Below are positions 1 through 14,153 of a stretch of DNA of 64,000 nt, one piece after another. Both the position numbers and the translations under genes were made by a program. This stretch comes from Vicugna vicugna (lineage: Eukaryota): assembly GCA_013265495.1 (NCBI GenBank), contig MU058718.1:1364001-1428000 (forward strand). The letters are read 5' to 3'. The notes below the pieces were generated by a model. That model saw nothing but the letters and a program-made list of their open reading frames with translations, was not told the origin of the DNA and searched no databases. How positions within the stretch are numbered: the first letter of the stretch is position 1; each line of letters starts with the position of its first letter.

Positions 1-3000
1 TACTAAGTTTGCCTTAAAATTTTTCCAATCTGTGTCTTCACTTTAAAAATGAAAATTAGCTAACAGTCTGTCATGAGACCTTTCCCTCTTCTACAACTGT
101 TCTCACTCTCTCCACACCTGACATTAGGCACATGTGCCTGAGAATGACCCTTGGTTTCTTCTATGACTCATTGTTAATCATTATAAGGAATAGCTCCATC
201 AGTTCATAAATTTGAAGTAAACTCAATTTCCCACACAGTCTGTCAGATGATCATCAGCACACTGTTTGGGTTGATTCATAAGCTCTTAAACTCCCATTAT
301 TTGGAGGAGATTTGGGGTATATTGACAAACAAATTTGCACATTTTAGGTTTGTTCAAACAAGGCCTACTCTGTCCTCCAGCATACATAAGTTGACCTTCT
401 GCAGGCATCTAGTTCACAAACTAAATATTTAAACTCTGAGCCCATTAAGTAAGTGCAGTTTATCCACCTCTCATGTTATAATGAGACTATGAATTTGGAA
501 GAATCTTGCTCAGTGTAAAGTCAGCATTGCCTCCTAAGAATCTACTGTAAACCAAGGTCACTTAGCTGGGGATTGCTATAAACATATACAAATCCCCCAA
601 ACAAGGGCATGATGTTAAATCACAGGGAGTTGAATAATTTTAAAAATGCATAGCATCCTTGTTCTGTGAGGCAGAAATCATTTACCCAGGCATTCTTGGC
701 ATATTTACTTTTCTAGAAGAACTTTAAGATTATATTGTAAATTAAAAGAAAAGCCACTCATGACTTTATTGTAACAGCACGTCTTGTCATTTGTGCAGTC
801 TCCTCTCACAGAGCGCAGGAAGTTTTTCATGTAGGTTGTTTTACCTGTGTGAATAGGACTTTGGCATTATGCTTTTATGGGCTCCTTGTGTAATATTTTA
901 AATTTTTTTATTTTTATCCCTGAAATAAAACATAAATCATATTGACCACATTAAGGTGTGATGCAAGTTCATCTCGTCAATTTTCTTACCCCTTAAAAAC
1001 TGTTTTAAAAAACCAGTGTCCTAGTTGCCCATGGAGATGAAAGTATAGACGTTCAAATGAACTACTTGAAATTACTTGAATCATTGTGAGCCTTTTGAGA
1101 ATTTATTAGGTGGGGTCCGGAGAAGCCCTTAGGGTAGGGCTAACTGAGCCCCATTAAGCCTTCCAAGGGTCCTGCCTGAGGCCCACGTACGACGTGGGGT
1201 TTCCTCAGTAGCTTTCCTCTTCTCTCTGTGAACCCCAGGAACTTCCCTGCCTACTTCCTTCCAGTAGTTCTTTCCCCTGTCTTATACATGGCAAATAACT
1301 ACTCAGCCTGTTCTTTTAAGGATTTCCCTAAATCTAAATAATAATTATACCACTGTCCCTTGATGTATCAAGATAAAATATTATCTGTCTGTCTAAAACA
1401 AAGTGTAGATAAACCACAGTTCCCTGCTTTCTGTCCTGCTCTGCAGAGGCCACTGTTTTAATTAATTTAATTTCTTCAGTGGTTACCTCCATTCTCCTAA
1501 ATAATATATTTATATATCTGTTTCTTGACTTGTCAACATTAGACACGATCTCTTGACTCCCTGCTGTAATAGATACGGATTTGGTTCTTTCATACTTAAT
1601 CCCATATTTCCCTTCTTGCTCCTGATAATAGACTTACTTCACAATTTTAATTCCTTTGTTTTTCATTTTTACTTGAATCTGTGTTTCTGGTTCCATCTAT
1701 GATGTGGTATCCCTTGACTCCCACATTGTATGGAGAGGATGTTCCCATCCTTACCCTGCCTTCCATATTCCTTCCACATTCTACCCCCCATCTTCTCTCC
1801 AGCATATTTGACATTACCAAGGCAGATGCTACTCTGCAGGCATGATTATTTTCTATGTTTTAGTGAAAAACAAAACTTCAGATAAGTTATTTGTATGTAA
1901 GTTTCACCAGAGAGCCAGTACTGTGGGATGATTAATTTTTTTTCTTAGTGATTTTCCAGTGTCATGACGCCATACCTCTCAAGGGAGAATATTGCTATTA
2001 TTAAGAGGTTTTTTTTTTTTTTATTACTCCTTCTGTAGACAGTCTTTTTTATTTCTCTCTGAAAGTTATCTGGATATTGCCTTTAACCTTGGTATTTTGA
2101 AAGTGCATAATGAATTGCCTAAGTGTAGGTCTCTCTTGTTTTATCTTACTCAGAACTTGGTGAATCACCCCATTTTGAGGATAAGTTACCCTTTAACGCT
2201 GAGAAATTTAGTAACTGTTTCTTTTATGAATTACTCTTCTTTGAGTTTCTTCTTTTATGGATTGGTTTTCTGTGTATCTGGATTGAACTTCTTTGTAGCT
2301 TAGCTCTCTTCCACCGACATCCCCTCCTATATTTTCTGCATTTTAATCTTTTAGTTCTGCTTTTGGGAGATTTATTTAACTTTATCTTTTAACTTTAAAT
2401 TATTTTTTATCTCACTTTGTTAAATTTTAAAAGATCTTTATTTTCCTCTGGTTGTTATTATTTGTATATTTTAAAATTTTAAGGCTAAAATATTATTTTG
2501 ACTCCAAGGATGCTAATTAAAATTAGTTCCCTAATTTATCTGGATTTCTCCATTTCTCTAGATGTTGTGTTAATTTCTTCCTGTCGGCCTTTCTCTTTGT
2601 GTTGCAGATTTTCCTCAAATTTCTAGTGAGCCTTGGTTGTCCATGCACACCTGCAAGTGAATGTAGAAGGAAAGTCTGAGAGCTCCGTGACTGTGGATGG
2701 GACTTGTCAACCAGCAGCCTTTGCCTCGGTGTAAGGAAGGTAAGTGGTCATTACACTGGAGGACCAAAATATTGGACTGAGGACTTTATTCCAGTTTTTG
2801 ACAGTTCTTTTTGCCACTTTAATCAGTTTATATTATACCTTTCACATTATACTTGGATGTATACTTCTTGGCTCATACATTGGAATAGGCACAGTAATAC
2901 GCCCTACTCTTCTTTCTTTTCATTTCCCGTACGTTATCAGTTATATCTTTAATTTTACATTAAAATTAAATTCAAAATTTATTCAGAATGTAATTTCTGG

Positions 3001-4029
3001 GTGATTTCTTATCAATGTATTCTATAATTTGAACCCAAGATGTATGTGTTTTTATATAATATTAGAACTATGTAAATGTTGTTCACCACGGAGCCAAGGA
3101 GTGTGCTAGTGTTTTATTTCCCTCTCTGTGTGGCCACCATTACACACATCTCACCAGATTACAAATATCCAAGTCCAAAGTTTGACCTTTTTCTGCTTTC
3201 TATTGAATGTTCACAATTAGTTCACTTTTTAGTTTACTTCATAATAGAACCAGGACTTTCTTACACAATTGTATTTTTCCTTGAATTCCTGCCTGTCATT
3301 TTTTTTTCTTTTGGGAGAAAAAATATACTTTCTTTCCTATGCACTAATTTTACTCAGCCCTTTAGTTATCCTGTCTTTAACTTGGAATCCACTCCTCCTT
3401 TTAATACATTTTTGGGGGCTGTGAAAGATTTTGCTTTGTATTTTAAAAACGAATCTGATGTAAAATCTTTTCTATTGGCAAAATGTCTTGTATGAAAATC
3501 TTAAAACATGTTTTTTAATTTGCAAGAGAATTTATAGCTTTTATACTAGTTAGATTATTTCTAAAAAGATTTATAGTTGGTGGATTAATTATCATAAGAT
3601 TGGTGAGCAAATTCAATTTTTAAGGATAAAACATTCCAACAAGTGCAGTTTTAAATAATAAACTTAGGTCACAGGTTACAGTCCATGGGAGATGATTATT
3701 TGCAAATGATTGGAAACTTTTTCTCTCTTGGTAAACAGACTTGATAAAAACTGAATTCCTTGATGACAAGATACAAAAAAGTATAAATTAAATTATACAG
3801 AAACTTCACCCACTTGGCTACAGCTTTGTTCCTCCGTGTAAAAATTTCAGCCTTCTCCTTCATTTGTAAAACAAAGAGCTGTGTCAACAATCGTTTTTGC
3901 TTTCATGGTTCTAGTTTAAATACCATTTTGCCTCATGACATACGGTTTCACCGGTAATTTTAAACAAGACTGAAACAAAATATTTGGGGTTTATAATTTC
4001 CTGTTTATTTGGAGCCAACTGTTCTAATT

Positions 4030-6300
4030 TAGAATAATTGCTTTCAAGGCCTGTTGTCCAGCAGTCATTCTGGATTTCTCTTTATTGGTTTCCTTGGATT
4101 TCAAGCTGTCTTCTTTCTTATGTTAACTCTCAGTTTTCTGGACAGTGGGTCTCGTATAACTCCTTGGAATCTTCCTTCTTTTTCATATATCTGCATATAT
4201 CTATATTTTGCCCTCATTTATGATTTATAGTTTGACTTGGTATAGAATTTTAGGTTAAAAAGAGGGATTCTGGCATTTTTATTTGCTTGTGCATGATTAA
4301 TAATTTTGGTTTATTTCATGATGGTCAGGGAATGTAATATATAATTTCTCCTTTTAGGAATTAAGGTTTTCTTTTTCATGTGCTACAGGGTCAGTTTTTT
4401 TTGTAATTGTTACCTGGACGCTTGAAAGGAGGTGCATTTTCTGTTAATAGAGTATTAAGTTTGGTAAATATTTCTTATAGAAAACTTTTCAATTATATAA
4501 TTCAGATTGTTTACATTCTTATTTATTTTCGCCTGTTTTTTCCATCAAGAAGTGCATTAATTAGACAGATTTTTGTATTTGTCTTTCTTAAGTATTTAGC
4601 ATATTAACACTAATGACATATACTTATTAAGAAATGTACCATTTATTAATACAAAGTGACACAATTTTCCCTCATAGAAGTGTTTTAATTTGAATTTTGC
4701 TTCATTTGATGTAAATATTGTGATCTGTTGTGTTTTAGTTTGCAGTAACTGTGAATCTCTTTTTTTATATGATTACTTTAAAATTTCTCAGACTGTTATG
4801 TATATTTTTCTTTAGACTGTATAAACTCTAATGTTGGAATTTCGTCCCATTCTGAGTGTTATTTTTATAATTGTTATAAACTATTCTATTATTATTATTG
4901 TTTATCCATTGTTGTCATAACTGTTTTTGTTCTCACTTCTGTTACTTTATATTTCTTTTTGCTTTTTTTGATTTTTTTCTTTGTTACCAATATTTTGCCA
5001 TACCAACTTCATTTGTTTTTAATAATTTAAGGCTTTATATCCTATTTTAATTTATCTAGAATTTAACTTTAACAACCAGAAATCAAATAACATACATGGT
5101 TGTTTATATAAAAATGATGAGGAAAATACCTACTTTTAATTGCTTTAAATATCCTTTAACCCATTTTGCAGTTTAAGTGAATTTATGATTGAAACCCTTT
5201 GATTATGTTAATTATTGTTAAAATACTGCTTTCAGTATGACGTATATCATTTAAATTACCTTTGTGTATAAATGCTTTCTATGTTACCAGAAGTCATTTA
5301 ATAGCTATTTTTATGTTTTCTGATTCTTTAGTTTTATTCATTTTTAATATAAACTTAAAGGAGAAAATATGCCATGTGAATGGTATAATTGTAAATTTGT
5401 ATATATGTGAGAAGCTTTTTATGTTGCTAAATGCAAAATCTTGGGTCAGAACCGTTTTGTATCCAATGTTGCCACTGTATGGTGTTCTAGCACTTAATGT
5501 CATGGAAAAACTGATTTTTTAATAGATACATTTTTTTTCCTGTCTTAATGATGTTAGAATTATTTATTTTTCCTTAAAATGTATAATTTTCACCAAAGTC
5601 TGTTTATTTTCTTTTCATTAAATTTATCTGACTCATGGTGAAGTATTTTAATTCTTAGAATTAGACTTTTCTCATTTCAGTAAAGTTTTCTTCTTTTATG
5701 TTTTTTATTATTCAGTCCTCCATTTGCCTTGTTATGCACTGGTTAGATCTCCTGTGTCAATTTTCCTGTTCATAGTCTACACTCTTGTCAACTTAATCTT
5801 CTTGTCCATTTCTTTCCATTCACAGAGAGCTCCATATTCCTGCCTTCTTTATCACTGATTTTACTTTTTTAGGGTTAATTCTGATTTTTACTGCTTCTGT
5901 GTTCATTTTAAAGTTAATACTAAATTATTTTTGTTTCCTTAAAATCTTCTATTTCTCACGTAGCCTTAAAATTTTTTCCCATGCCTCCTAACCCCCTTCT
6001 GTTTCATTTCAGTCATTTGTCTTCTCATCTTCTCTCTTATTTCACAGATTTCATGTGTCCCTGCATTTCCTTGAGAATATAAAGCAGATGCTGTTTTAAG
6101 TTGACTTGAATTATTTGTGGTTAATTACTTTAAAACCTTAGCTCTTCACACCATCCTATTTTGTATTATTACTATTGTTTTGAGGTAAACAATTCTGGGA
6201 CAGGGTGTCACCAAAATTTGAAATGTGCCTCCAAAGATTGTTGGTGAGGTCTTCTTGGATTCCTTCACTGTTATTGGGATGCTTTTTGGATTCTTCTATC
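4030..6300 (-). mobile_element. Highly decayed ancient L1 (L1M/L1ME-type) fragments
   Basis: Very T-rich plus strand with degenerate antisense L1-like motifs (e.g. gtttgacttggtatagaattttagg, ttttgcttcatttgatgtaaatattg). Boundaries approximate. Confidence 0.5.
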
Positions 6301-6920
6301 ACAGCTTAAGCTGAGGTTCTGGTTGATACACCACCAGTTCAGTGATTCAGGGAGTGAGAAGAGAATCAGAATCATGGGTTGACCTGAGATGTGTGATTTC
6401 TTCTCTTACTTGGTGAAACCTGCTATGCCAGAGGCCAACTCTTGGTATCAGATTTGTCTGTCCTCCACTTTAGTTATAGGTGGAGTTTTATTTGCCTCCT
6501 TCTGGATACTCATGCTTACTGGGTCAGCGAGAGTTTGAGCCTGGGAGGAACTCTGACTAAGTTTGTGTTCTGGAAAGTCTGCCCTTGCCCTTGGACCCTC
6601 TCACGGTGCTGCTTTGGAAAGGCTATTCATTAGTAGCGACAGAGTGGGTTCCCCTGGAGATTTCTTAATCTATCCTATAACCAAGTTAGCATGTTATTTA
6701 TCATTCAAATCAGGATACTTACTTACGAGAATTAAAGAGGACTCAATTGCAATTAAGCTGGAACAGCGTGTGCAAACCCAGACTGTCTCAGCTAACTGGG
6801 GCATGTGGTTACCCTACCTATCCCCTACCACTAAAAATTACATATTTAAATTAGGAACTATTAGTGGGGGTCTATGAAGTTACTCTCTATAATTAATATA
6901 TAGCAACCTAAAAACAATTT

Positions 6921-7065
6921 TTTTTAAATTGAAGTATAGTTAGTTACAATGTGTTAATTTCTGGTGTACAGCATAATGTTTCAGTCATACATACATATAC
7001 ATATGTTTGTTTTCATATTCTTTTCCATTATCAATACTACAAGATATTGAATATAGTTCTCTGTG
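6921..7065 (-). mobile_element. 5'-truncated young L1 3' end with TSD
   Basis: Poly-T followed by the L1 3' UTR (attgaagtatagttagttacaatgtgttaatttctggtgtacagcataatg). Perfect 12-bp TSD taaaaacaattt at 6909-6920 and 7066-7077. Confidence 0.9.
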
Positions 7066-9354
7066 TAAAAACAATTTCTAAGAACAATAATAATAGTGGT
7101 AGTAATTGATGTCCATTTACTTAGTGCTTACTATTATGATAATCTATTCCCGGGTTCCACAGGAAAATGCGTATCTATTAATAGATTTTGAACTCTTTTC
7201 CTTCTCAAATTCCCAAGAGCCTTCTACCGCTGGTCCTCGAATTTTGAGTTTCAGTGATATTCTTGAAGGAGAGAGAATACAGAAGCCACTGATTATATTT
7301 TCCCTGCCTCTTTTCCCCTCCCTACCTCACCTTTGCTCTGCACAGATGTCCTTCTGGTCATTTCACATATGTATCTTTTATTCTCAAATGGATTGTAAAC
7401 TCTTTAAGAGGAAGAATCTTGTGTCCTGAGTCTTTGACACTCTCCATAGCTTCCAACTTGATGCCTTCCCCTTGCCCCGTGCTAAGATTTTCCTACATGG
7501 TATCTACAGTTCTGTAGGCGGGTATAGGTTTTCTCAAAACATTTTTAACCTTCCTTGTCTTCGCTGTCATTACAACTTAGCTACTGATCTAATATTGCTA
7601 TGATAGTTGGATTTTATTCAAATTTTAATTCCACATCTCATCTCAAATGGTAGATTAAACAATTGTTTTTAGTTATATATTTTCTCTTTCTTTAACTGGA
7701 GTGAAAATCTGGGTTTTTTGAGACAAGTTCTAAATCTGAACAGAGTATTTGTGATCACATAATTTCATATAAATAGGAATCAATCTTAAACAGCTGAATT
7801 ACAAGCTGAGAAAAGCCATTTAGTCATTATGAGGTCACCTAGACATTCTTAGCAATACATTAACTTGGTGGATGCCTATATCTCTCTTCCTTGCCTTTTG
7901 TTTTTTAATTGTGTAATTATTATTTGATTTATGATTAAATTACATTTGATCGACTAAAGTTTCTACTTGAACAACAAGCTTAAAGTTTTTAGCTATTTCC
8001 TTATATGAGGGAAGATCTGGCATATGCTATTTGCAACACCTTAAATGTGGAAAGTGGAAGCAGAATTTTAAAAGTCTTATCCTAGTTAAATAAACTTTGT
8101 AATTGATTTTTTCCGATACTCGATACATCATTTATTCAGACTTTACCCATTAGGTCTTAGCTCCATTTTGTGCCAGATGAACTGATCAGAATTGGTCTGA
8201 TTATGTGTTATTTCATCTTTTTACTGGAAGAGAGGAGAATAACAAAAAGAAGATATTCACTTCTGTATAGATTATGTGTTCCTCAAAGGCAATACATGAA
8301 TCTTAAACTTTGAATCATTTCTTCCCCTGACTTGGTACCTAGCATAATTCCTTGGGCATGGCCCATATTTACTATAAATTTGCTAATCTTAACTGAATTT
8401 TAATTATTCATCTTAGCAGTCTTGGGACATACTCTTTGTAAGAACATTGAAGAGGCTTCTCATCCCAAGAGCTATCTTATTTTAGGTTCAGCTTATGCTT
8501 AGCTTTTCCTTTTTCACAAAGTCATCACATTTAATTTTAGGATTTCCTCCAATGAAAACAAAAAGAATCAAATCAACTGGTTACTCTCAAGTGCATGTCT
8601 TTCTTTTTAGCTGTATAACTTTCTGAATCTAGTGTTCTGAAAAGATATGTTGATAATGGAATACTATCTGCAGGGTTTTGTTCAGCTGACACTCCTGTCA
8701 CAAATTCTCACCCAAAGCCATTATCTTGCTTGGACTTTTGTTTTCTCCTTGTGTAAAATGGGCTCAGTAAATTACCAGTGAAGGAAATGGAAAAAATATC
8801 ACCTGCAAAGCCTGGTGACTCATTGTTTGGTAGGTTTCATATTGTGAACGTCTTAAGAGTTGCATTTCCATACTAAGACAACAGCAACTTCAGTTTTGTT
8901 CTTTCTGACATCTGGGACATAGTAGTTGCCATGAAAAAGTGAAGTATGTGAAGTTCCTAGGGTAATATTTAACACTTTCAGACACAAACACAAAGATACA
9001 GATAAGAAGTTTGAGCAAAGCATCTATAGTCTAAGTCTTGGATTAGATTAGGTTTCCCAACTCCTGGGGAGTGAGTTTTCTCTGAACCTTTTGCAGGTTG
9101 CATAGTCACTCAGATATATTGATGTAAGATTTCCTTCTTGAGAAAATATCTCACACTAGAGTACTAGTTTGCAGGTGTACCACTGTCCTTAGGCGGTTTT
9201 TACTGGGTGTTTTAAAATCCTCAACAAACCAGGATTAAGTAATAGTATGTCTATATAAAGGTAAAAAATGCTATTTCTGCATTGCATGTTTCTCTGAACT
9301 GTTATCAATATTTTACTACGCCATCCCCAGATACACCTTCAACGACTCATTCAT

Positions 9355-9590
9355 TATAAGGGAAGGAGCACTGGTCTTATAGTCAGAAGCTTGAATTTTA
9401 AGTGTGGGATCTGTGAGATTTAAGGCAAAAAGGCTTGCTCTCCATCAGTCTTGTTTCCTATCTACCAAAAAACGTAATAACGTCTAGCTCACAAGATTGC
9501 TTTTAAGGAAAAAAGTAAAATAATGTATGATGAAAATCACTGCGTACAGTTGGGTTCCGCAGAAATAGGCATTTATTATCATGTTATTAT
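9355..9590 (+). mobile_element. MIR SINE
   Basis: Degenerate MIR head and core (ggaaggagcactgg...agtcagaag...gtttcctatct...ctcacaagattgc...ataatgtatg). Confidence 0.6.
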
Positions 9591-9829
9591 CATGCTCTTC
9601 CTTAGGTTTGAAGCCTCCACTCCCCCTGCCCCTTTATATTGTTTTGGATTATACTTGTTGCTATTATGACCCACCAACAAATTCAAGAAATGGTTATTTA
9701 TTTGACTGATTTGAAATTCTCTCATCCCACATAGTAACAATTGTATTTAAAAATGTGCCTGCGATTCTATACCATGACTCTATACCTGTCCTAGACCAGA
9801 AAATCTCCTTCACTTTTCTCAAGTTTTTT

Positions 9830-10058
9830 TTCTATTTTTTATTCATTTTTAAAATTAATTTACTTTTATTAAAGTATAGTTGATTTACAGTGTTGTGTTA
9901 GTTTCAGGTGTACAGCAAAGTAATTCAGTTATACATAAACACACACACACATATTCTTTTTTAGATTCTTTTCCACTAAAGGTTACTACAAGATACTGAG
10001 TATAGTTCCCTGTGCTATACAGTAGGTCCTTGTTGTTTATCTATTTTACATATAGTAG
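9830..10058 (-). mobile_element. Artiodactyl L1 3' end fragment
   Basis: aagtatagttgatttacagtgttgtgttagtttcaggtgtacagcaaag...agttccctgtgctatacagtaggtcc. Imperfect TSD tttctca...gttttt at ~9815 and ~10059. Confidence 0.85.
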
Positions 10059-10779
10059 TTTCTCACAGGTTTTTGCAGTACCATGTAAGTGACATAATGG
10101 TGAAATTCTCCTTCAAGTCCACCAGGTATAGGATTGAAGGTACCGAACTCTAGACCTTAGTCTTGTGCCCACTTACTTGGTTTCCTCACAACTGTAGACA
10201 GGGGTTTTTAAGAAAAGATACATGTGCTTTACAGATCTCACTGCCTAGGGAAAAGCCATTCATGTATCTTGACAATTGAAGTTGGAAAGAGTTGGTTCTA
10301 GACTGCATTTCCACAAGGTACTGACTAGGTGGGAATTTGGGATCCAACTCTTTTTCCTTTGTTTACTTGATCCGCTTAGGCTCTTTCCATTTTCCCCTTC
10401 CCAATGTTCTATCGTTTTGAACCTATTTAAAAACGGTAACTATATTTTAAACAAACCCTCCCTGTCCACTGTGTAGACTCTATTTCGATGCTCAATGAGG
10501 TGCTTTGTTTGGCATGATTATTAAAAATGTGAGATTACCAATTAATTTTAAGTCATAATCTTTTTTACTCACAAATGGTCCTTTCCCATACAGGACACTT
10601 AAGGTACACAGTAAGCACTCAATAAATGTCCGTTAAATGCATACGCAGAGAAGTTATGACTGGAGCTGATTTCTGAGTGTTGGGGAGAATAGCTGCTGTT
10701 TTACACACTTTCCCTCTGCAGAAGCATCTCCCCAGCTAATCAGTCTCCGGCTTTTCTTTGCTTGTTTCTGCTTTTGCAG

Positions 10780-11140
10780 GAAATACTGTGTCTTGCTCAC
10801 ATGCTCCTTGCCCCAGTGCCCTATCATATGCAGTTCATCTAACAGGAGGGATCTCAGTCCAGCCTCCAGAAGCAGTGTCCAAGGGAGCACTGTTTGCGTG
10901 TATCCTGAAGATGGAAATGATTATCATAAAAGACGGAGGAAGGATTATGTCAGGAATTCTCTCCAGTGCTGCACGTTTAGCAAGGCATCCTGTTTTGCAT
11001 TGCAGAATCACATTATGTTCTGCAGCTCCTTTGTGGCTGTTTGGTGTTGGTCATGGATTTGTGAGAGATTGAGGTCAAAGTCAGCAGTGTTTACAAACAC
11101 AGGAGGAACGTCAGCAAGAGATGGCCAAATTCAAATATGA
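10780..11140 (+). other. Candidate exon following a strong 3' splice site (possible alternative last exon)
   Basis: Long polypyrimidine tract cttttctttgcttgtttctgcttttgcag|G ending at 10779. Two frames stay open to 11072 and 11140. No recognisable protein. Confidence 0.25.
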
Positions 11141-14100
11141 TCTTTATGATCTTCTAAGTGGCTAGTCATTTGACCTATAAACAAAAAGCATGGTTTCTGG
11201 CTGTGCAAGGTGTTCCCTGCACTTAGAGCTTTAAACAGCATAACCAAATCAAATCATTCATCTGTACTTCAAATGCTGGCAAGCTGGCCCCTTTCTGATG
11301 CCAGGGTTTCTGCCTAATACCTGGTCTACGTTTCTATGGACTAATGCTTAGAAGGAACCACAGGAGCCTGAAAACATCTACGAGTTCATGATGAATTAAG
11401 AGCCTGGGAATGGTTGCAAACCACTTAAACTGGGCTAGTGGGGTTTTCATGCAGCTTCAACCTTGAGAGCCAGTGATCAGTAAAAGTAGACAACAGCATT
11501 CAGAAGCAGATAGCAGATCTTGATGGTCAGGTCCTTTTCTGAGGGTGTCATACTTGGGTAGACTTCACCATTGAGTTTCTCTTCATGTCTTTAGATGAGG
11601 CATCTCTTACGATGCTTTGTGGTAGTTTTATGACAGTTACCACTTGCAAACTGGAGCAAGTTCAGATGACTTGGTGACAGAGCGTGGTCTTTTCGCTCTG
11701 AGTGAGGAATGGGGTTGAGTGTCTTTCCTTTTACGATAGGCTGAAGAGTAGTTTAGGGATGAGCCTGTGGCTCTGTAAGAGTTACGGGCACACTCTCAAG
11801 TCTACCCTCAAAGAAGCAGGATGCCCTTGATGACAGTTTTATTGAGACCACTTCTGCAGTTTCTGATCTGAATTCTATTTTAGAATCTGGAAGGGGAGCC
11901 CAAGGCAGGATCTCGATTACATTGTAGACTTCCTGCCTGTTTTCCAAAAATGAATAAAGTGCAGTAGTTTTGGCATTGAAGAACTGAATTTGGAGTAACA
12001 TGACTGTAACTCAACCTCTGTAGCACCACTAAGTTAAACTAAGATTCCCATCTGGCAAAAGACTGACAAAGATATGACCCTGGACACAAAGCTTCTGGAG
12101 CAGTTCACATTTACGTCCTCAGGACCCCTTGGACCCCTCATGTCCAAGCTGAGGTCTTAGTTTTACATCTTGGAACTTGAAAGTGTGTGTCCCACAGCTA
12201 GATATGTATGGTTAAATCAGCTGGTTCTACCTCAAGATGCTTCCCTGGATGTTCTGTTACTGTTCTGTATTGGCCACTTAAACCTATTTCTGACTGTTTC
12301 TGACAAGTGCCACTAGTGGGGGAACAGACGAAGAGAAGCAAAGAGCCTGAGAGGAAACAAGAGCACAACAACTGTATCCTGGCTAAGGATGAACTCAGTC
12401 TGAAGACTGTGGCAATAATATCCCACTCTTCTCCATGTGGATTTCTGTATCACTTTGGTTCATGCCAAAAGAAAAAAAAATCAAAGAATGGAATAAAATT
12501 ACTGCATGCAAAAGTTTCCGATTTGGGGAAGGAAGAGACCAGATGACTATGTGCTTCAGAAAGTCATTTTTGGACAGACAGAGATGTGATAAGATCCAAG
12601 TCAAAGAGATCTTCTAAATTGCACCAGGGACTTAGGGAACAGTTTTATTTTATGGGGTCTTTGGGAAAGAACCCTTAGAGGAAACCCTGGGAGTGGGGAG
12701 AAGAGTCAGTGCAGCGTGATTTGAGAGTCCACATCACGTTTCTCTGCCTCATCTCTCTTGAAAGGTTGCACGACTCCCAAGGGCTTCCTCTCATAGAGAT
12801 GTTTCAGCCTCTCTGGGTGCAGACCACTGGGGCTTCTTATGCCCTCCCCCCTCTTCAACCTTATAGGTGGGGTTGAGGATGCTCACACTAGGGTAAGGGG
12901 TTCCTGTATTCTTAACTCAAAAGCCCCAAAGAGGCGATACTTAAGTATACAGGGGGGTGGGAATCCTAACACAGCTTTCTCTGAAGACTTCTTGGTGTTG
13001 GCCACAGGGACTGGAACCTTCACCTGTGGGGGCCGTGGTGATGGGTCTTACTGGGGAACGGGACGTCTGCAGCAGAGTCCTTGGAGACAGGCGCAGATGG
13101 GGAGTAGGCGGCGGACAAAGTGGGGCTGAAGCCACTGCTGAGTCACACACTTAGGCTGACATTTTATCTGTTTTTAGTGGTTTGGGGGGTTGGAGAAATG
13201 TTTGGTATTTGTAAATAATGTCTTAAAATTCCAACATTTTTCAAGTCATTTTTATTGTACTCTATGTTGGATCCTGGAAGCATCTGTATTTTATCTCACT
13301 AATTCAGGTACCTGAAATAACTGTGGGGGGTGGGGTGGGGAGAGAAGCTTACACTCTGAAATTCCCAAGAAGCTATATTTGAGAATTTTTCTCTTCCTAG
13401 TTATTACAACTAATACTCCCATCAAACCATAGAGGATTGCTTTGAACCACTCTAACACTCTCAAGGCAGAAGTGTATTTTAACTCATTCACACTGCTGAT
13501 AATCTCTTCGGTGATTTAGGTCTTTAAAGCTTTAATTCTCTGTCTGCCAGAAGTCTTCTTTGGTAGTAAGTTGACAGTTTAAATTAGCGTTTAGACATGG
13601 CTTTCATAATGTCAGTTTTGTTTTGTCTCAGCAGCATCTTGGAATTCCTTCCATTGTACCTCAAGTGACTCGTGGCAATAAATGACTCTCCTCTTTTCGT
13701 TCTTAATCAAGGAAGAATGTAATGAACCACATAATGTTTGTAAAAGCACAACTTTAATTAGTTCTCAGCTGTAGCCAGAGATGCTTGTCTTGTCTGTTTA
13801 GCATGTAAACGTAGGACACAATGCATTCAGGTGAACAGATACTGGTTTCCTAAAAAACCTCCTTTGGTTCCCTTCCAAAACATCAAGGGCAGTTGCAGTA
13901 GCAACATTTTAAAGCCTTCTCCTCAATCTGGCAAGGGAGAGACCTTCAGTAGCTTCTAAGAATTGTGTTTGGGATGGCATTTTGGAATTGAATGCATAAA
14001 CCATCAAATGAAAGAAGGGCTCCTGAAAGGGACTTCCCTGCTCACCTTTAGGCCTTCCTGTCCTTGGTGAAATAGTGCCAAGACACACCTAAGGCTAGGG

Positions 14101-14153
14101 AAGCCTTTCCCACAAGCTGCCAAGCTACATTCTCCTGAGTGTTGAATATAAAT

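Noticed and set aside
1330..3480. T-rich region with several 80-140 aa ORFs
   Set aside because: No splice structure or homology; likely very old antisense LINE debris that I cannot classify.
12307..12323. CTCF-like site tgccactagtggggg
   Set aside because: Mismatches at core consensus positions; not distinguishable from chance.
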